DNA of 64,000 bases from Nostoc sp. DedSLP01. GTDB taxonomy: Bacteria > Cyanobacteriota > Cyanobacteriia > Cyanobacteriales > Nostocaceae. The stretch covers positions 1-64,000 of the forward strand of contig JAVRCJ020000025.1 in NCBI GenBank assembly GCA_034530875.2, written 5' to 3'. The position numbers were made by a program, and so were the translations under genes. The notes under the pieces were generated by a model. It was not told where the DNA came from and did no database searches. It saw only the letters and a list, made by a program, of their open reading frames with translations. Shown here in pieces: positions 31,695 through 41,103 of this stretch (positions are counted from its first letter, which is position 1; every line of letters starts with the position of its first letter).

Positions 31695-33044
31695 ATGACT
31701 CGTGTCATCATCGTGCGCCACGGTCAAAGCGGTTATAACACCGAGAGGCGTATTCAAGGGCGCACTGATGCGTCAAAATTAACCGAAAAAGGTCGTAATG
31801 ATGCCAGTAAATTAGGCAAAGCCCTCAGTAATATTTTATTTAATGCGATTTACAGTAGTCCTCTGCAACGAGCAAAACACACAGCAGATATTATTCATAG
31901 TGAGTTAGCTTCTGGCGGACAGTCTGCGGTAGTGCAAGTTTCTGATTTGTTGCTGGAAATTGATTTGCCTTTATGGGAAGGAATGCTCACAGCCCAAGTC
32001 AAGCAGGAGTTAGCCGCAGATTATCGTACTTGGCACGAACGACCGCACGAACTGCGAATGCTGCTCAATGATGCGCAGGGAACAAGAGAACATTTTCCGG
32101 TTCTGGCTTTATACGAACAAGCGCGGCAGTTCTGGCAAGAAATCTTGCCCCAGCATCAAGGTGAAACGATTCTGATTGTGGGACATAACGGTATTAATCG
32201 CGCTCTGATTAGCACAGCATTAGGAATTCCCCCAAGTCGTTACCATTCAATACAACAATCCAACTGTGGTATCAGCGTCCTCAACTTTGCTGGGGGACTG
32301 GGGGAACCAGTGCAGCTAGAGTCTTTGAACCAGACGCAACACACCGGAGAAACTCTACCCTCATTCCGGCCAGAACATCAAGGAGTGCGGTTGCTGCTAG
32401 TGCGTCATGGAGAAACAGAGTGGAATCGCCAAACCAGGTTTCAAGGGCAAATTGATGTCCCGCTTAACGACAACGGCAGACAACAGTCGCAAAAAGCAGA
32501 GGAATTTCTCGAAAAAGTAGCGATCGCTTATGCTGTGAGTAGTCCAATGCTACGTCCTAAAGAAACAGCAGAAATTATCTTAAAACAGCATCCGAGTGTA
32601 AAATTGGACTTACAAAGTGGTTTAAGAGAAATCAGCCACGGGCTTTGGGAAGGAAAATTAGAAACAGAAATAGAACAAGAATTTCCCGGAGAATTACAGC
32701 GCTGGCGGTTAGTTCCTGCTGAAGTGCAAATGCCTGAAGGAGAAAATCTGCAACAGGTATGGGAACGTAGCGTTGCAGCTTGGGAATCAATTGTGCAAAC
32801 AGCATTAACTAATCAATTTAAAACTGTTTTAGTAGTAGCCCACGATGCTACAAATAAAACCTTGCTTTGCCACATTCTTGGTTTGTCGCTAGAAAATTTC
32901 TGGAATTTTCGTCAGGGTAATGGCGCTGTTAGCGTTATCGACTATCCTTGTGGACTCGATGGCTTACCAGTACTGCAAGCAATGAACATTACTACTCACC
33001 TGGGTGGAGGCGTATTAGATAAAACAGCAGCCGGGGCGTTGTAG
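31695..33044 (+). CDS. Tandem histidine phosphatase (phosphoglycerate mutase family; probable phosphoserine phosphatase)
   Basis: Two RHG motifs (IVRHGQS, LVRHGETEWN) and C-terminal KTAAGAL. Confidence 0.88.
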   Translation: MTRVIIVRHGQSGYNTERRIQGRTDASKLTEKGRNDASKLGKALSNILFNAIYSSPLQRAKHTADIIHSELASGGQSAVVQVSDLLLEIDLPLWEGMLTAQVKQELAADYRTWHERPHELRMLLNDAQGTREHFPVLALYEQARQFWQEILPQHQGETILIVGHNGINRALISTALGIPPSRYHSIQQSNCGISVLNFAGGLGEPVQLESLNQTQHTGETLPSFRPEHQGVRLLLVRHGETEWNRQTRFQGQIDVPLNDNGRQQSQKAEEFLEKVAIAYAVSSPMLRPKETAEIILKQHPSVKLDLQSGLREISHGLWEGKLETEIEQEFPGELQRWRLVPAEVQMPEGENLQQVWERSVAAWESIVQTALTNQFKTVLVVAHDATNKTLLCHILGLSLENFWNFRQGNGAVSVIDYPCGLDGLPVLQAMNITTHLGGGVLDKTAAGAL

Positions 33045-33156
33045 GAGTACTGAGTTAATAGTTTAGGAGTGAGGAGTTAGGAGTTAGGAATAAAGTTAGA
33101 AGTGATGAGCAAAGAGCAAAAAACTCATAACTCCTAACTCATAATTAAAAACTTTT

Positions 33157-34452
33157 ATGATTGAACTGCTGCAACAAGTACGGGTAATTGACCCAGTTTC
33201 GCAAACTGATGAACTATGTGATGTGCTGATTGCTGATGGTTATATCCAAGCAGTAGGTTTGGGCATTTCTGATATTAATTCCGATACTCAAATCAGAAAT
33301 TGTCGGGGATTAGTTCTTGGTTCTGGGTTAGTAGATTTATACAGTCACTCCGGCGAACCAGGGTTTGAAGAACGGGAAACTCTGGCGTCTTTTTTGCAAG
33401 CTGCTACTGCTGGCGGCTTTACAAGAGTAAGTATATTGCCCGATACATCCCCAGCTATTGATAATCCTGCACTGGTGGCGCAGTTGCGAAATAAAGCAGG
33501 GGAGATGGGGAGATGGGGAGATGGGGAGGGAATTTCACCCCGCCGCCCGTCATCTCCCCTGCTTAATCTTTGGGGTGCCGTCACCCTCGATGTTGCTGGG
33601 AAACAAATGACGGAGTTGGCAGATTTAGCGTCGGCTGGAGTTGTTGGTTTTACAGATGGTAAGCCTTTAGAAAATTTAGCGCTGGTGCAGCGGGTGTTAG
33701 AGTATCTTCAGCCGTTGGGCAAACCAGTTGCTTTTTGGCCTTGCGATCGCCAATTAGCTGCCAATGGTGTAATCAGAGAAGGTGCCCAAGCCCTGCGCTT
33801 AGGTTTACCGCCAGTACCAGCCAGCGCGGAAACAAGTGCGATCGCTGCTTTGATAGAATTAGTTACATCTGTAGGTACGCCAGTACATATCATGCGCGTT
33901 TCCACAGCCCGCAGCGTGGAATTAATCGCAAGAGCTAAAGCCACTGGTTTACCCATCACCGCCAGCACCACATGGATGCATCTTTTACTTGACACCAAAG
34001 CAATTAAGAGTTATAATTCTAGCCTGCATTTAGACCCGCCTTTAGGCAATGCCAGTGATGTAGCGGCGTTGCGTGTGGGGGTGAGAGGAGGGGTTATAGA
34101 TGCGATCGCGATCGACCATGCACCCTATACTTACGAAGAGAAAGTCCAGGCTTTTGCTGAAGCACCAGCTGGAGCGATCGGTTTCGAGTTAGCATTGCCT
34201 TTGCTGTGGCAATATCTTGTGGAAACTGGCGAATTTACAGCTTTAGAATTATGGCGTGCATTGAGTAGTAATCCAGCCAAGTGTTTGGGGCAGAAAATAA
34301 ATCCAATTATCCCTCATCAATCAGCAGAATTGACTTTATTTGACCCCCAGCAAACTTGGAAACTTGAAAGGAAAAATCTACATACACTCTCACAAAATAC
34401 ACCTTGGTTAGGACAACAATTACAGGGTAGAGTTGTGCAAACTTGGCGTTAA
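33157..34452 (+). CDS. pyrC: Dihydroorotase-like protein (PyrC' type)
   Basis: DLYSHSGEPGFEERETL, AGGFT and DHAPY...EK. The first metal His is replaced by Tyr. Confidence 0.8.
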   Translation: MIELLQQVRVIDPVSQTDELCDVLIADGYIQAVGLGISDINSDTQIRNCRGLVLGSGLVDLYSHSGEPGFEERETLASFLQAATAGGFTRVSILPDTSPAIDNPALVAQLRNKAGEMGRWGDGEGISPRRPSSPLLNLWGAVTLDVAGKQMTELADLASAGVVGFTDGKPLENLALVQRVLEYLQPLGKPVAFWPCDRQLAANGVIREGAQALRLGLPPVPASAETSAIAALIELVTSVGTPVHIMRVSTARSVELIARAKATGLPITASTTWMHLLLDTKAIKSYNSSLHLDPPLGNASDVAALRVGVRGGVIDAIAIDHAPYTYEEKVQAFAEAPAGAIGFELALPLLWQYLVETGEFTALELWRALSSNPAKCLGQKINPIIPHQSAELTLFDPQQTWKLERKNLHTLSQNTPWLGQQLQGRVVQTWR

Positions 34453-34534
34453 TTGCGTTCAATCTTGTTAATAGAAATTATCTGAATAATTTGTCAAAAT
34501 AGTAATTATGATGTGATTTATGTGAGACAGTTCC

Positions 34535-34804
34535 ATGATTGAAACAAATATTTTAGTCAAAGTTACAGCAGAAGGTCAATTGAAACTTCCTGCGGAAGTT
34601 CAGGCTCAACTGAATCCTGGTGATGAATATTTAGTATCAATCACGGAAACAGAGATTGTACTGAAAAAAATCCGCAAGCCTTTAACTTGGCGTGAATTAT
34701 CGCAAAAAATAGGCGAATCTGAACCAGACACCGACCAACCGTCGTTAGAAGAAATTAGTGAAATGGTTAAAGAAGTACGGCGAGAACGACGGTCTAAAGC
34801 ATGA
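34535..34804 (+). CDS. AbrB/MazE-like antitoxin
   Basis: VKVTAEGQLKLPAEV...LNPGD AbrB fold; ATGA overlap with the PIN gene. Confidence 0.8.
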   Translation: MIETNILVKVTAEGQLKLPAEVQAQLNPGDEYLVSITETEIVLKKIRKPLTWRELSQKIGESEPDTDQPSLEEISEMVKEVRRERRSKA

Positions 34805-35223
34805 GAGTTGTATTAGATGTCAATGTTTGGATTTCAGGTTTGCTTTGGGCTGGAGTTCCTGGTCAGATTTTTGATTTAGCTGAAGAACAGAGAATTACTA
34901 TTTTTGTTTCTGAACCAATACGGGAAGATATACAAGAAATCTTAGGGCGTAAAAAGCTTCAGACAAAAATACAAACTTTGGGTGTAACTGTAGAAGATTT
35001 GCTTATTGTAATAGAACATTTATCACAGTCATGTCTAACAGTTGCAGTTGATGTTCCTCAGCTACGCGATCCAGATGATACTGTAATTTTAGAAACTGCT
35101 GTAGCTGCTAATGCGGAAGTTATTATAACTGGCGATTTAGATTTATTGGTGCTGACAGAATTTAATGCAATTCCCATTTTGACACCGCAAGAATTTATCA
35201 ATCGGTATTTTCCTGAAAAATGA
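34801..35223 (+). CDS. PIN-domain toxin (TIGR00305-like)
   Basis: RVVLDVNVWISG, LRDPDD and IITGDLDLL. Confidence 0.9.
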   Translation: MRVVLDVNVWISGLLWAGVPGQIFDLAEEQRITIFVSEPIREDIQEILGRKKLQTKIQTLGVTVEDLLIVIEHLSQSCLTVAVDVPQLRDPDDTVILETAVAANAEVIITGDLDLLVLTEFNAIPILTPQEFINRYFPEK

Positions 35224-35760
35224 GATTACCTTGAGATGAATTTCTCGAAAAAATGGATGCATTGGAACCTGACCCTAATCAACCAAGCTTAGAAGAAATT
35301 CATGAAATCGTTAAGGAAGTGCGGCAGGAGTTATGGTCTAAAGAATGAAAATAGTGCTTGATGTTAACGTTTGGATTTCGGCTTTGCTTTGGGGTGGTAT
35401 ACCAGGTAAAATTTTACGTTTAGCAGGAAGTCAACAAGTTACAATTTTTACGTCTGAAACATTATTTTTAGAATTAGAAACTACTCTCAGACGTGTCAAA
35501 TTTCAGTCACGTTTACAACAGCGAGGTTATACAGTTGAAGATTTAATGTCTGCGGACAAAGCATTTTCCGAATCATGTGCAATAGAAGCTATAGATATTC
35601 CAGAATTACGCGACCCGAAAGATATAAAAATTATAGAAACTGCTTTGGCTGGTGATGTAGAAGCTATTATTACTGGCGATTTAGATTTATTAGTGCTGAC
35701 AGAATTTAATGCAATTCCCATTTTGACACCGCAAGAATTTATCAATCGGTATTTTCCTGA
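35128..35760 (+). repeat. 89-bp direct repeat (35128-35216 and 35672-35760)
   Basis: The 3' ends of both PIN genes are identical except for one base. Confidence 0.9.
35223..35348 (+). pseudogene. C-terminal remnant of a second antitoxin (possible 31-aa mini-ORF 35253-35348)
   Basis: RLP*DEFLEKMDALEPDPNQPSLEEIHEIVKEVRQELWSKE aligns with antitoxin-1 LTWRELSQKIGESEPDTDQPSLEEISEMVKEVRRE. ATGA overlap with PIN2. Confidence 0.8.
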
Positions 35761-35770
35761 GACACTCTAA
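35345..35770 (+). CDS. Second PIN-domain toxin
   Basis: KIVLDVNVWISA, LRDPKD and IITGDLDLL. Confidence 0.9.
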   Translation: MKIVLDVNVWISALLWGGIPGKILRLAGSQQVTIFTSETLFLELETTLRRVKFQSRLQQRGYTVEDLMSADKAFSESCAIEAIDIPELRDPKDIKIIETALAGDVEAIITGDLDLLVLTEFNAIPILTPQEFINRYFPETL

Positions 35771-35873
35771 ATGTCCTGGTGAGAATTCTGTACATCTGCA
35801 AAAACTTCTGGTTCAATACCTGCCGCTTCTAATTCTTGTTCTTGGCGAAATTTTTCTCAAAATTTCCAGAATT
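35768..35873 (-). pseudogene. Possible Phd/YefM-type antitoxin C-terminal remnant
   Basis: Minus strand gives KFRQEQELEAAGIEPEVFADV, with FW just upstream and SPG in a shifted frame. This resembles cyanobacterial Phd antitoxin tails as I recall them. Confidence 0.4.
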
Positions 35874-35880
35874 GTGATTG

Positions 35881-36831
35881 TTAAGGCAATGTTTCAACTG
35901 CATTACACAATGCTTCAATAGCAAAGGGCAATTCTCCTACTACAAATGCTAGCTCCTCAGGATTAACAACAAGAAAGCTGAGATTATCGAGGTAAGCCAA
36001 GCAGAGGAAAACCTGCTTCAGATTGATGTAATCAGCAGGTAATGTTTTAACAGTTTCGTAACCCTGTAAAAAGGCTTTTCGTTGTTGCTCATCAAGCTCC
36101 ATAAGCGCCAGAGCAAGGTCATAAAGATAAAAGCCGAAACCACAACGGTCAAAGTCAATAATGCACACCTTTTCGTCACAGACTAGGTAGTTACCAGAAT
36201 GAAAGTCGGCATGAATAACACCAAAGCTCTCTTGCTTGCGTTCGAGTTGAGCAAAGTAGAAGATGATGTGGTTGGCATTAACCTTCAAACTGTTTAGCTC
36301 ACTTTTATCTAGTTCAGTTTTGTTTAAAGTCCTATATAACACCTCTAAACCTTTTCTGAAATACGCCTCATCAAATGTTTGACGCTTAAAATCTTCTGGC
36401 AGTTCAAACTGTTCCGAGTGTATGTGAAGTTGTGCCATTAGAGAGCCTACTTTTGCAAGTTGCTCATCGCTCAAAGCGTTCACAGTAGGTGGAATTTGCC
36501 CTTCTACCCAGGATAGGAGTGTACATAGTGTTTCTGGGCTGCCATGAATTGATACAACTGTAACTAGCTCTTTGTTTAAATTGACAATAGGTTGAGGGAG
36601 CATCAAAGGTGTTTCCCTTTGCAAATTGCTTAACCAAGCTAGCTCTGAGGAGATAGCAGCTCGATCATGATGTGCAGATGTGTGTAGACGTAGCGCATAG
36701 GATTTATTATCAACATCTACTTTAAAATTAGTATTGCTCGCTCCACTTAAGCGCGTTAGTTGAACATTTTCTAAACCATACTTACAAAGTGCTTCAATTG
36801 CAATATTTAAAAACATCTTGTCATTCATCAT
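35881..36831 (-). CDS. APH/homoserine-kinase-type II phosphotransferase
   Basis: YALRLH, ELAWL, IHADFHSGN and IIDFDRCG. Confidence 0.88.
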   Translation of the reverse strand: MMNDKMFLNIAIEALCKYGLENVQLTRLSGASNTNFKVDVDNKSYALRLHTSAHHDRAAISSELAWLSNLQRETPLMLPQPIVNLNKELVTVVSIHGSPETLCTLLSWVEGQIPPTVNALSDEQLAKVGSLMAQLHIHSEQFELPEDFKRQTFDEAYFRKGLEVLYRTLNKTELDKSELNSLKVNANHIIFYFAQLERKQESFGVIHADFHSGNYLVCDEKVCIIDFDRCGFGFYLYDLALALMELDEQQRKAFLQGYETVKTLPADYINLKQVFLCLAYLDNLSFLVVNPEELAFVVGELPFAIEALCNAVETLP

Positions 36832-36953
36832 CTACATAGCAAACCTAATTTATTGATGAGAAAATATATAGACTAAAAGTTGAATTTTTTTTACTAGATG
36901 TATACGGTTTAAAATAGACAAAATTTCTCTAAAGGCGTTAGTTTACCTATAAA

Positions 36954-36992
36954 TGAAACCCAACGTTATGTTTAAGTTAACGTTGGGTTTCA
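36954..36992 (-). terminator. Terminator hairpin downstream of ycf66
   Basis: Perfect 15-bp inverted repeat TGAAACCCAACGTTA / TAACGTTGGGTTTCA. Confidence 0.7.
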
Positions 36993-37007
36993 CTTAATTT
37001 AACTAGC

Positions 37008-37739
37008 CTAATTATTTGGCGGTGTTGCATCCGGTGGCGTTTCGGCTGGGGGAGCCAGAGATGCATCTGGGGCAATTTCCTCTACAGGGATCTTTTCCTT
37101 GTTCTCAGTTTCGGGATCTGGTTGAGCTGCTTCCACCAATTCCCAGGAAGGGGGATTTGGTGGAATCGCTTCTGGTACACTCTCGGTTTTTGCTTCGGCG
37201 TCGGTAGCGACCGTCTCCTGTGCTGGTTGTTCTGTTATGGCAGTAGTATTATCGATAATTTCAACAGCAGGTTTCTCGGTCAATACAGAAGTAATATCCT
37301 CAGGTTTGGTCGTTGTGGATGTTTTTGAACTCACAGTTTGCTGCACTTTATCTTTCACGCCACTCAAGGTGCTACCAATATCCTGTTGCAACTGAGCAAG
37401 CCGTTCCTGAAGAGACAATTTATTCACCTGTTCCTGAATGCCAGTTTTCACCGTCTCAGCACTAGGTACTTGGGTTTGCTGTGCCTGTGGTGTGAGTTGC
37501 CGACGTAATGAAAGAGTTTGCCAGCCAAACCAGACCAAAAGAGCGACGCTAGCCACATGACCCAGCAGTAACCCTCCAGAAATACGTCGTGCAAACACCC
37601 ACAAGACTAAGGCGTAGAATAGTCCAACACCACTCCAAATAAAGTCATTCTTGCGGTGGATTTCCGGGAAAAAGAAAGCTGCTATGTAAATGGCTAAACT
37701 ACCAAGACCGACTACCAAAGCTAGGACGTATGCCAGCAT
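37008..37739 (-). CDS. Ycf66 family protein
   Basis: FFPEIHRKNDFIWSGVGLFYAL and LLLGH, with a low-complexity acidic tail. Confidence 0.85.
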   Translation of the reverse strand: MLAYVLALVVGLGSLAIYIAAFFFPEIHRKNDFIWSGVGLFYALVLWVFARRISGGLLLGHVASVALLVWFGWQTLSLRRQLTPQAQQTQVPSAETVKTGIQEQVNKLSLQERLAQLQQDIGSTLSGVKDKVQQTVSSKTSTTTKPEDITSVLTEKPAVEIIDNTTAITEQPAQETVATDAEAKTESVPEAIPPNPPSWELVEAAQPDPETENKEKIPVEEIAPDASLAPPAETPPDATPPNN

Positions 37740-38062
37740 TATTCGGTTACTCCTTTGACTAGGGATTGGGGATTGGGGTATGGGGCATTAGAAGTTGGGC
37801 ATTGGGCATTAGAAGTTGGGAGTTAGGAGTTATTTTCCTTGTTTCCTTGTCCCCTTGTCTCCCTCATCTCCCCATTCCCCACTCCCTACTCCCCACTCCC
37901 CTCTCAATTGTTGATTTAGATACAACTTAAAATTAATTATCTGTGTTACTTGTGGATTTTTGTCATTGAGATCAACTCTTAAGGTCTTCTTTAGGAGATC
38001 GGCGAAAATCTCGGACTACCCTAAAAGATGAAAGGATCTGCAAGAGTTAGCCAAACAAATTT

Positions 38063-39496
38063 ATGACACTACAAAGCTTTGGTGTGATTGGATTAGCCGT
38101 TATGGGTGAGAATATCGCTCTAAACGTCGAGCGTAATGGCTTCCCAATTGCAGTTTACAACCGCTCCCGAGAAAAAACGGATGCATTCATGGCGCATCGT
38201 GCGCCAGGACGGAACGTCAAAGCCGCTTTTACCCTAGAAGAATTTGTCGCCTCATTGGAACGTCCCCGCAAAATCCTTGTCATGGTGCAAGCTGGTAAGC
38301 CAGTGGATGCGGTGATTGCTCAACTCAGACCTTTGCTAGATGAAGGCGATATCGTTATCGACGGTGGTAACTCTTGGTTTGAAGACACAGAACGACGCAC
38401 TCAAGAATTAGAACCTGTTGGACTTCGGTATCTTGGTATGGGCGTCAGTGGTGGTGAAGAAGGTGCGTTAAACGGCCCTTCACTAATGCCCGGTGGTACA
38501 ACCAGCTCTTATGAGTATCTATCACCAATTTTCAACAAAATTGCTGCCCAAGTGGATGATGGCCCTTGTGTAACTTATATTGGCCCTGGTGGTTCCGGCC
38601 ACTATGTCAAAATGGTACACAACGGCATTGAGTACGGCGATATGCAGCTAATTGCTGAAGCCTACGACTTACTCAAAAATGCGGCTGGATTAGACCATAA
38701 TCAGCTACATGAAGTGTTTGCCGAATGGAACACCACCGATGAACTCGATTCATTTTTGATTGAGATTACGAAGAATATCTTCCCATATATTGACCCAGAA
38801 ACAAATCTACCCCTAGTGGACTTGATTGTTGACGCAGCAGGTCAAAAGGGAACTGGACGCTGGACTGTACAAACTGCATTGGAATTGGGAGTTTCGATTC
38901 CTACAATCACCGCTGCTGTGAATGCTCGGATTATATCTTCTATCAAAGAAGAACGGGTAGCAGCATCTAAAGTCCTCACAGGCCCCAGTGGCAAGTATGA
39001 TGGGCAAACCAAGGACTTTATTAATAAAGTTCGCGATGCTCTTTATTGCTCAAAAATCTGTTCTTATGCTCAAGGGATGGCGTTGCTATCTACAGCTTCA
39101 AAAACATATAACTGGAATTTGAATCTGGGCGAAATGGCGCGGATTTGGAAAGGTGGTTGTATTATTCGCGCTCGCTTTTTGAATAAGATTAAGAAGGCTT
39201 TTAGCGAAAATCCAACTTTGCCTAACTTGCTGTTAGCTCCCGAATTTAAGCAGACAATTCTCGATAGACAAACAGCTTGGCGGGAAGTGATAGCCACAGC
39301 AGCGAAGCTAGGAATTCCAGTACCCGCATTTAGCGCATCTTTGGATTATTTTGACAGCTATCGCCGCGATCGCCTACCCCAAAACCTGACTCAAGCACAA
39401 CGCGACTACTTCGGCGCCCACACTTACCTGCGTCTTGATAAGCCTGGAACCTTCCACACTGAATGGGTACCAATTGCTGAAGCTGATAAAAAATAG
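38063..39496 (+). CDS. gndA: NADP-dependent 6-phosphogluconate dehydrogenase
   Basis: GLAVMG, GVSGGEEGA, KMVHNGIEYGDMQ and QRDYFGAH. Confidence 0.98.
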   Translation: MTLQSFGVIGLAVMGENIALNVERNGFPIAVYNRSREKTDAFMAHRAPGRNVKAAFTLEEFVASLERPRKILVMVQAGKPVDAVIAQLRPLLDEGDIVIDGGNSWFEDTERRTQELEPVGLRYLGMGVSGGEEGALNGPSLMPGGTTSSYEYLSPIFNKIAAQVDDGPCVTYIGPGGSGHYVKMVHNGIEYGDMQLIAEAYDLLKNAAGLDHNQLHEVFAEWNTTDELDSFLIEITKNIFPYIDPETNLPLVDLIVDAAGQKGTGRWTVQTALELGVSIPTITAAVNARIISSIKEERVAASKVLTGPSGKYDGQTKDFINKVRDALYCSKICSYAQGMALLSTASKTYNWNLNLGEMARIWKGGCIIRARFLNKIKKAFSENPTLPNLLLAPEFKQTILDRQTAWREVIATAAKLGIPVPAFSASLDYFDSYRRDRLPQNLTQAQRDYFGAHTYLRLDKPGTFHTEWVPIAEADKK

Positions 39497-39561
39497 GCTT
39501 TCGCACTCACACACCAGCACATTGTGAAAGTTTAAAGCGTTTTCAACTGCAATTTTTATAG

Positions 39562-39590
39562 TGACTCTGAATTTCAGAGTCATTTTTTTT
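39562..39590 (+). terminator. Intrinsic terminator of gnd
   Basis: TGACTCTGA-ATT-TCAGAGTCA followed by T8. Confidence 0.85.
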
Positions 39591-39643
39591 CAATTGACTG
39601 AAAACCTTTTAATAGAATATGATTATAGATTGTCTGTCTAATT

Positions 39644-39722
39644 CCGCTCGGAACAGGTGGACACATAACAAAGGCTGGCAAAAGCATCTGCAAACAAGAT
39701 CGAAACCAGCTACCTGTACGGC
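39644..39722 (+). promoter_or_regulatory. Structured 5' leader of rplU-rpmA
   Basis: Nested stems ACAGGTG/TACCTGT, GCTGG/CCAGC and ATCT/AGAT, downstream of a TTGACT-N18-TATGAT promoter-like site. Confidence 0.5.
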
Positions 39723-39740
39723 AACTTCAAGGACAATTTC

Positions 39741-40142
39741 ATGACCTACGCAATTATTGAAACTGGCGGCAAACAAATAAGAGTAGAGCCAGGGCGGTTT
39801 TACGACATTGAGCTGCTGACAGCCCAAGCAGATGAAAAAGTTACAATAGATTCAGTATTATTGGTGCAGAACGATGGTGAAGTCACCATTGGACAGCCAC
39901 GAGTGTCAGGTGCAACTGTTGAAGGGACTGTACTACGAAATTTCAGAGATCGTAAAGTCCTGGTATACAAAATGAAGCCGAAAAAGAAAACCCGCAAAAA
40001 GCGCGGACATCGCCAAGAAGTTACCAGGCTTTTCATTGACTCCATCACTCTTAACGGTACCGTGTTTGCAGCTCAAACAGCAGCTGAAAGCCCCGCTGTA
40101 GATGACGCTCCTGCACAAGAAGCTGAAACCGTTGCAGAATAA
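39741..40142 (+). CDS. rplU: 50S ribosomal protein L21
   Basis: YAIIETGGKQ and KKKTRKKRGHRQ. Confidence 0.98.
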   Translation: MTYAIIETGGKQIRVEPGRFYDIELLTAQADEKVTIDSVLLVQNDGEVTIGQPRVSGATVEGTVLRNFRDRKVLVYKMKPKKKTRKKRGHRQEVTRLFIDSITLNGTVFAAQTAAESPAVDDAPAQEAETVAE

Positions 40143-40173
40143 TAAATAGAAGTAGATACACAATAAGGAAATT

Positions 40174-40455
40174 ATGGCTCATAAGAAAGGAACAGGTAGT
40201 ACGCGCAACGGTCGTGACTCTAATGCCCAACGTCTAGGTGTTAAGCGCTATGGCGGTCAAACTGTACGTGCAGGAAATATTCTCGTGCGTCAGCGCGGCA
40301 CGAAATTTCACCCTGGTAACAATGTCGGTATTGGTAGCGATGACACTTTGTTTGCCTTAATTGACGGTGTAGTAACCTTTGAGAGAAAAGGCAAAACCCG
40401 TAAAAAAGTTAGTGTTTACTCAACCACAACCGCGACTGAAGAAGTAGCAAGTTAG
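40174..40455 (+). CDS. rpmA: 50S ribosomal protein L27
   Basis: [16 protein letters not shown] and [10 protein letters not shown]. Confidence 0.99.
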   Translation: MAHKKGTGSTRNGRDSNAQRLGVKRYGGQTVRAGNILVRQRGTKFHPGNNVGIGSDDTLFALIDGVVTFERKGKTRKKVSVYSTTTATEEVAS

Positions 40456-40463
40456 AGTAATAA

Positions 40464-40490
40464 GGGTGGGTACTGTTACCCACCCCATTT
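40464..40490 (+). terminator. Terminator of rplU-rpmA
   Basis: GGGTGGGTA-CTGT-TACCCACCC hairpin. Confidence 0.7.
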
Positions 40491-41103
40491 GCTATTTAGT
40501 AACTAAAGAGTGTTACTGCTTCACTAAGTTTTAGACATTTACCAAAAGTTTGATTTTCGGGAAATGATAAGATAATCATCTTTTCTCCTTGCTCTTCATC
40601 ATCATCTGACTTTGGTTTTTTATTTGTTGCGATCGCCAAAGTTACGGCTACAAGGAAATTCCACTAGACATTAGCTGATATGGAGTTAAATCCAGCTAAA
40701 ATCTGAAATAGAGATTACCACCAGTTAAAAGAATGTTTTAAAAGTAGTGGGTAAAGCAAGCTTATACAAAACCAACTAGTGCGTAAGTAAATACATTAGT
40801 GTTTGCTTATACTTTAATATTTTTCTAAGGTGCACCACTATACGTTAGAGACCATTTATAAAGTAAATCTAAAGCACCTCTGTCAATCCCTAGCGATTAA
40901 TTCCGTATTTTTACTGTAGTATTTGCCTTTAAGGTCTATGTAGTGTTATGTAGCTAATATCTTTTTAGTTGCTGAAGAATTTTAAAATTTGTTTTCCAAA
41001 CCCAATTAAAACAAAAAATAAAACTAAGATATTTAGCTTACTGTTCACGCGAATTAAAGTCTAGAAAATAAAAATCAATCTACTTCTAAGAGTAGTTAGA
41101 GCC

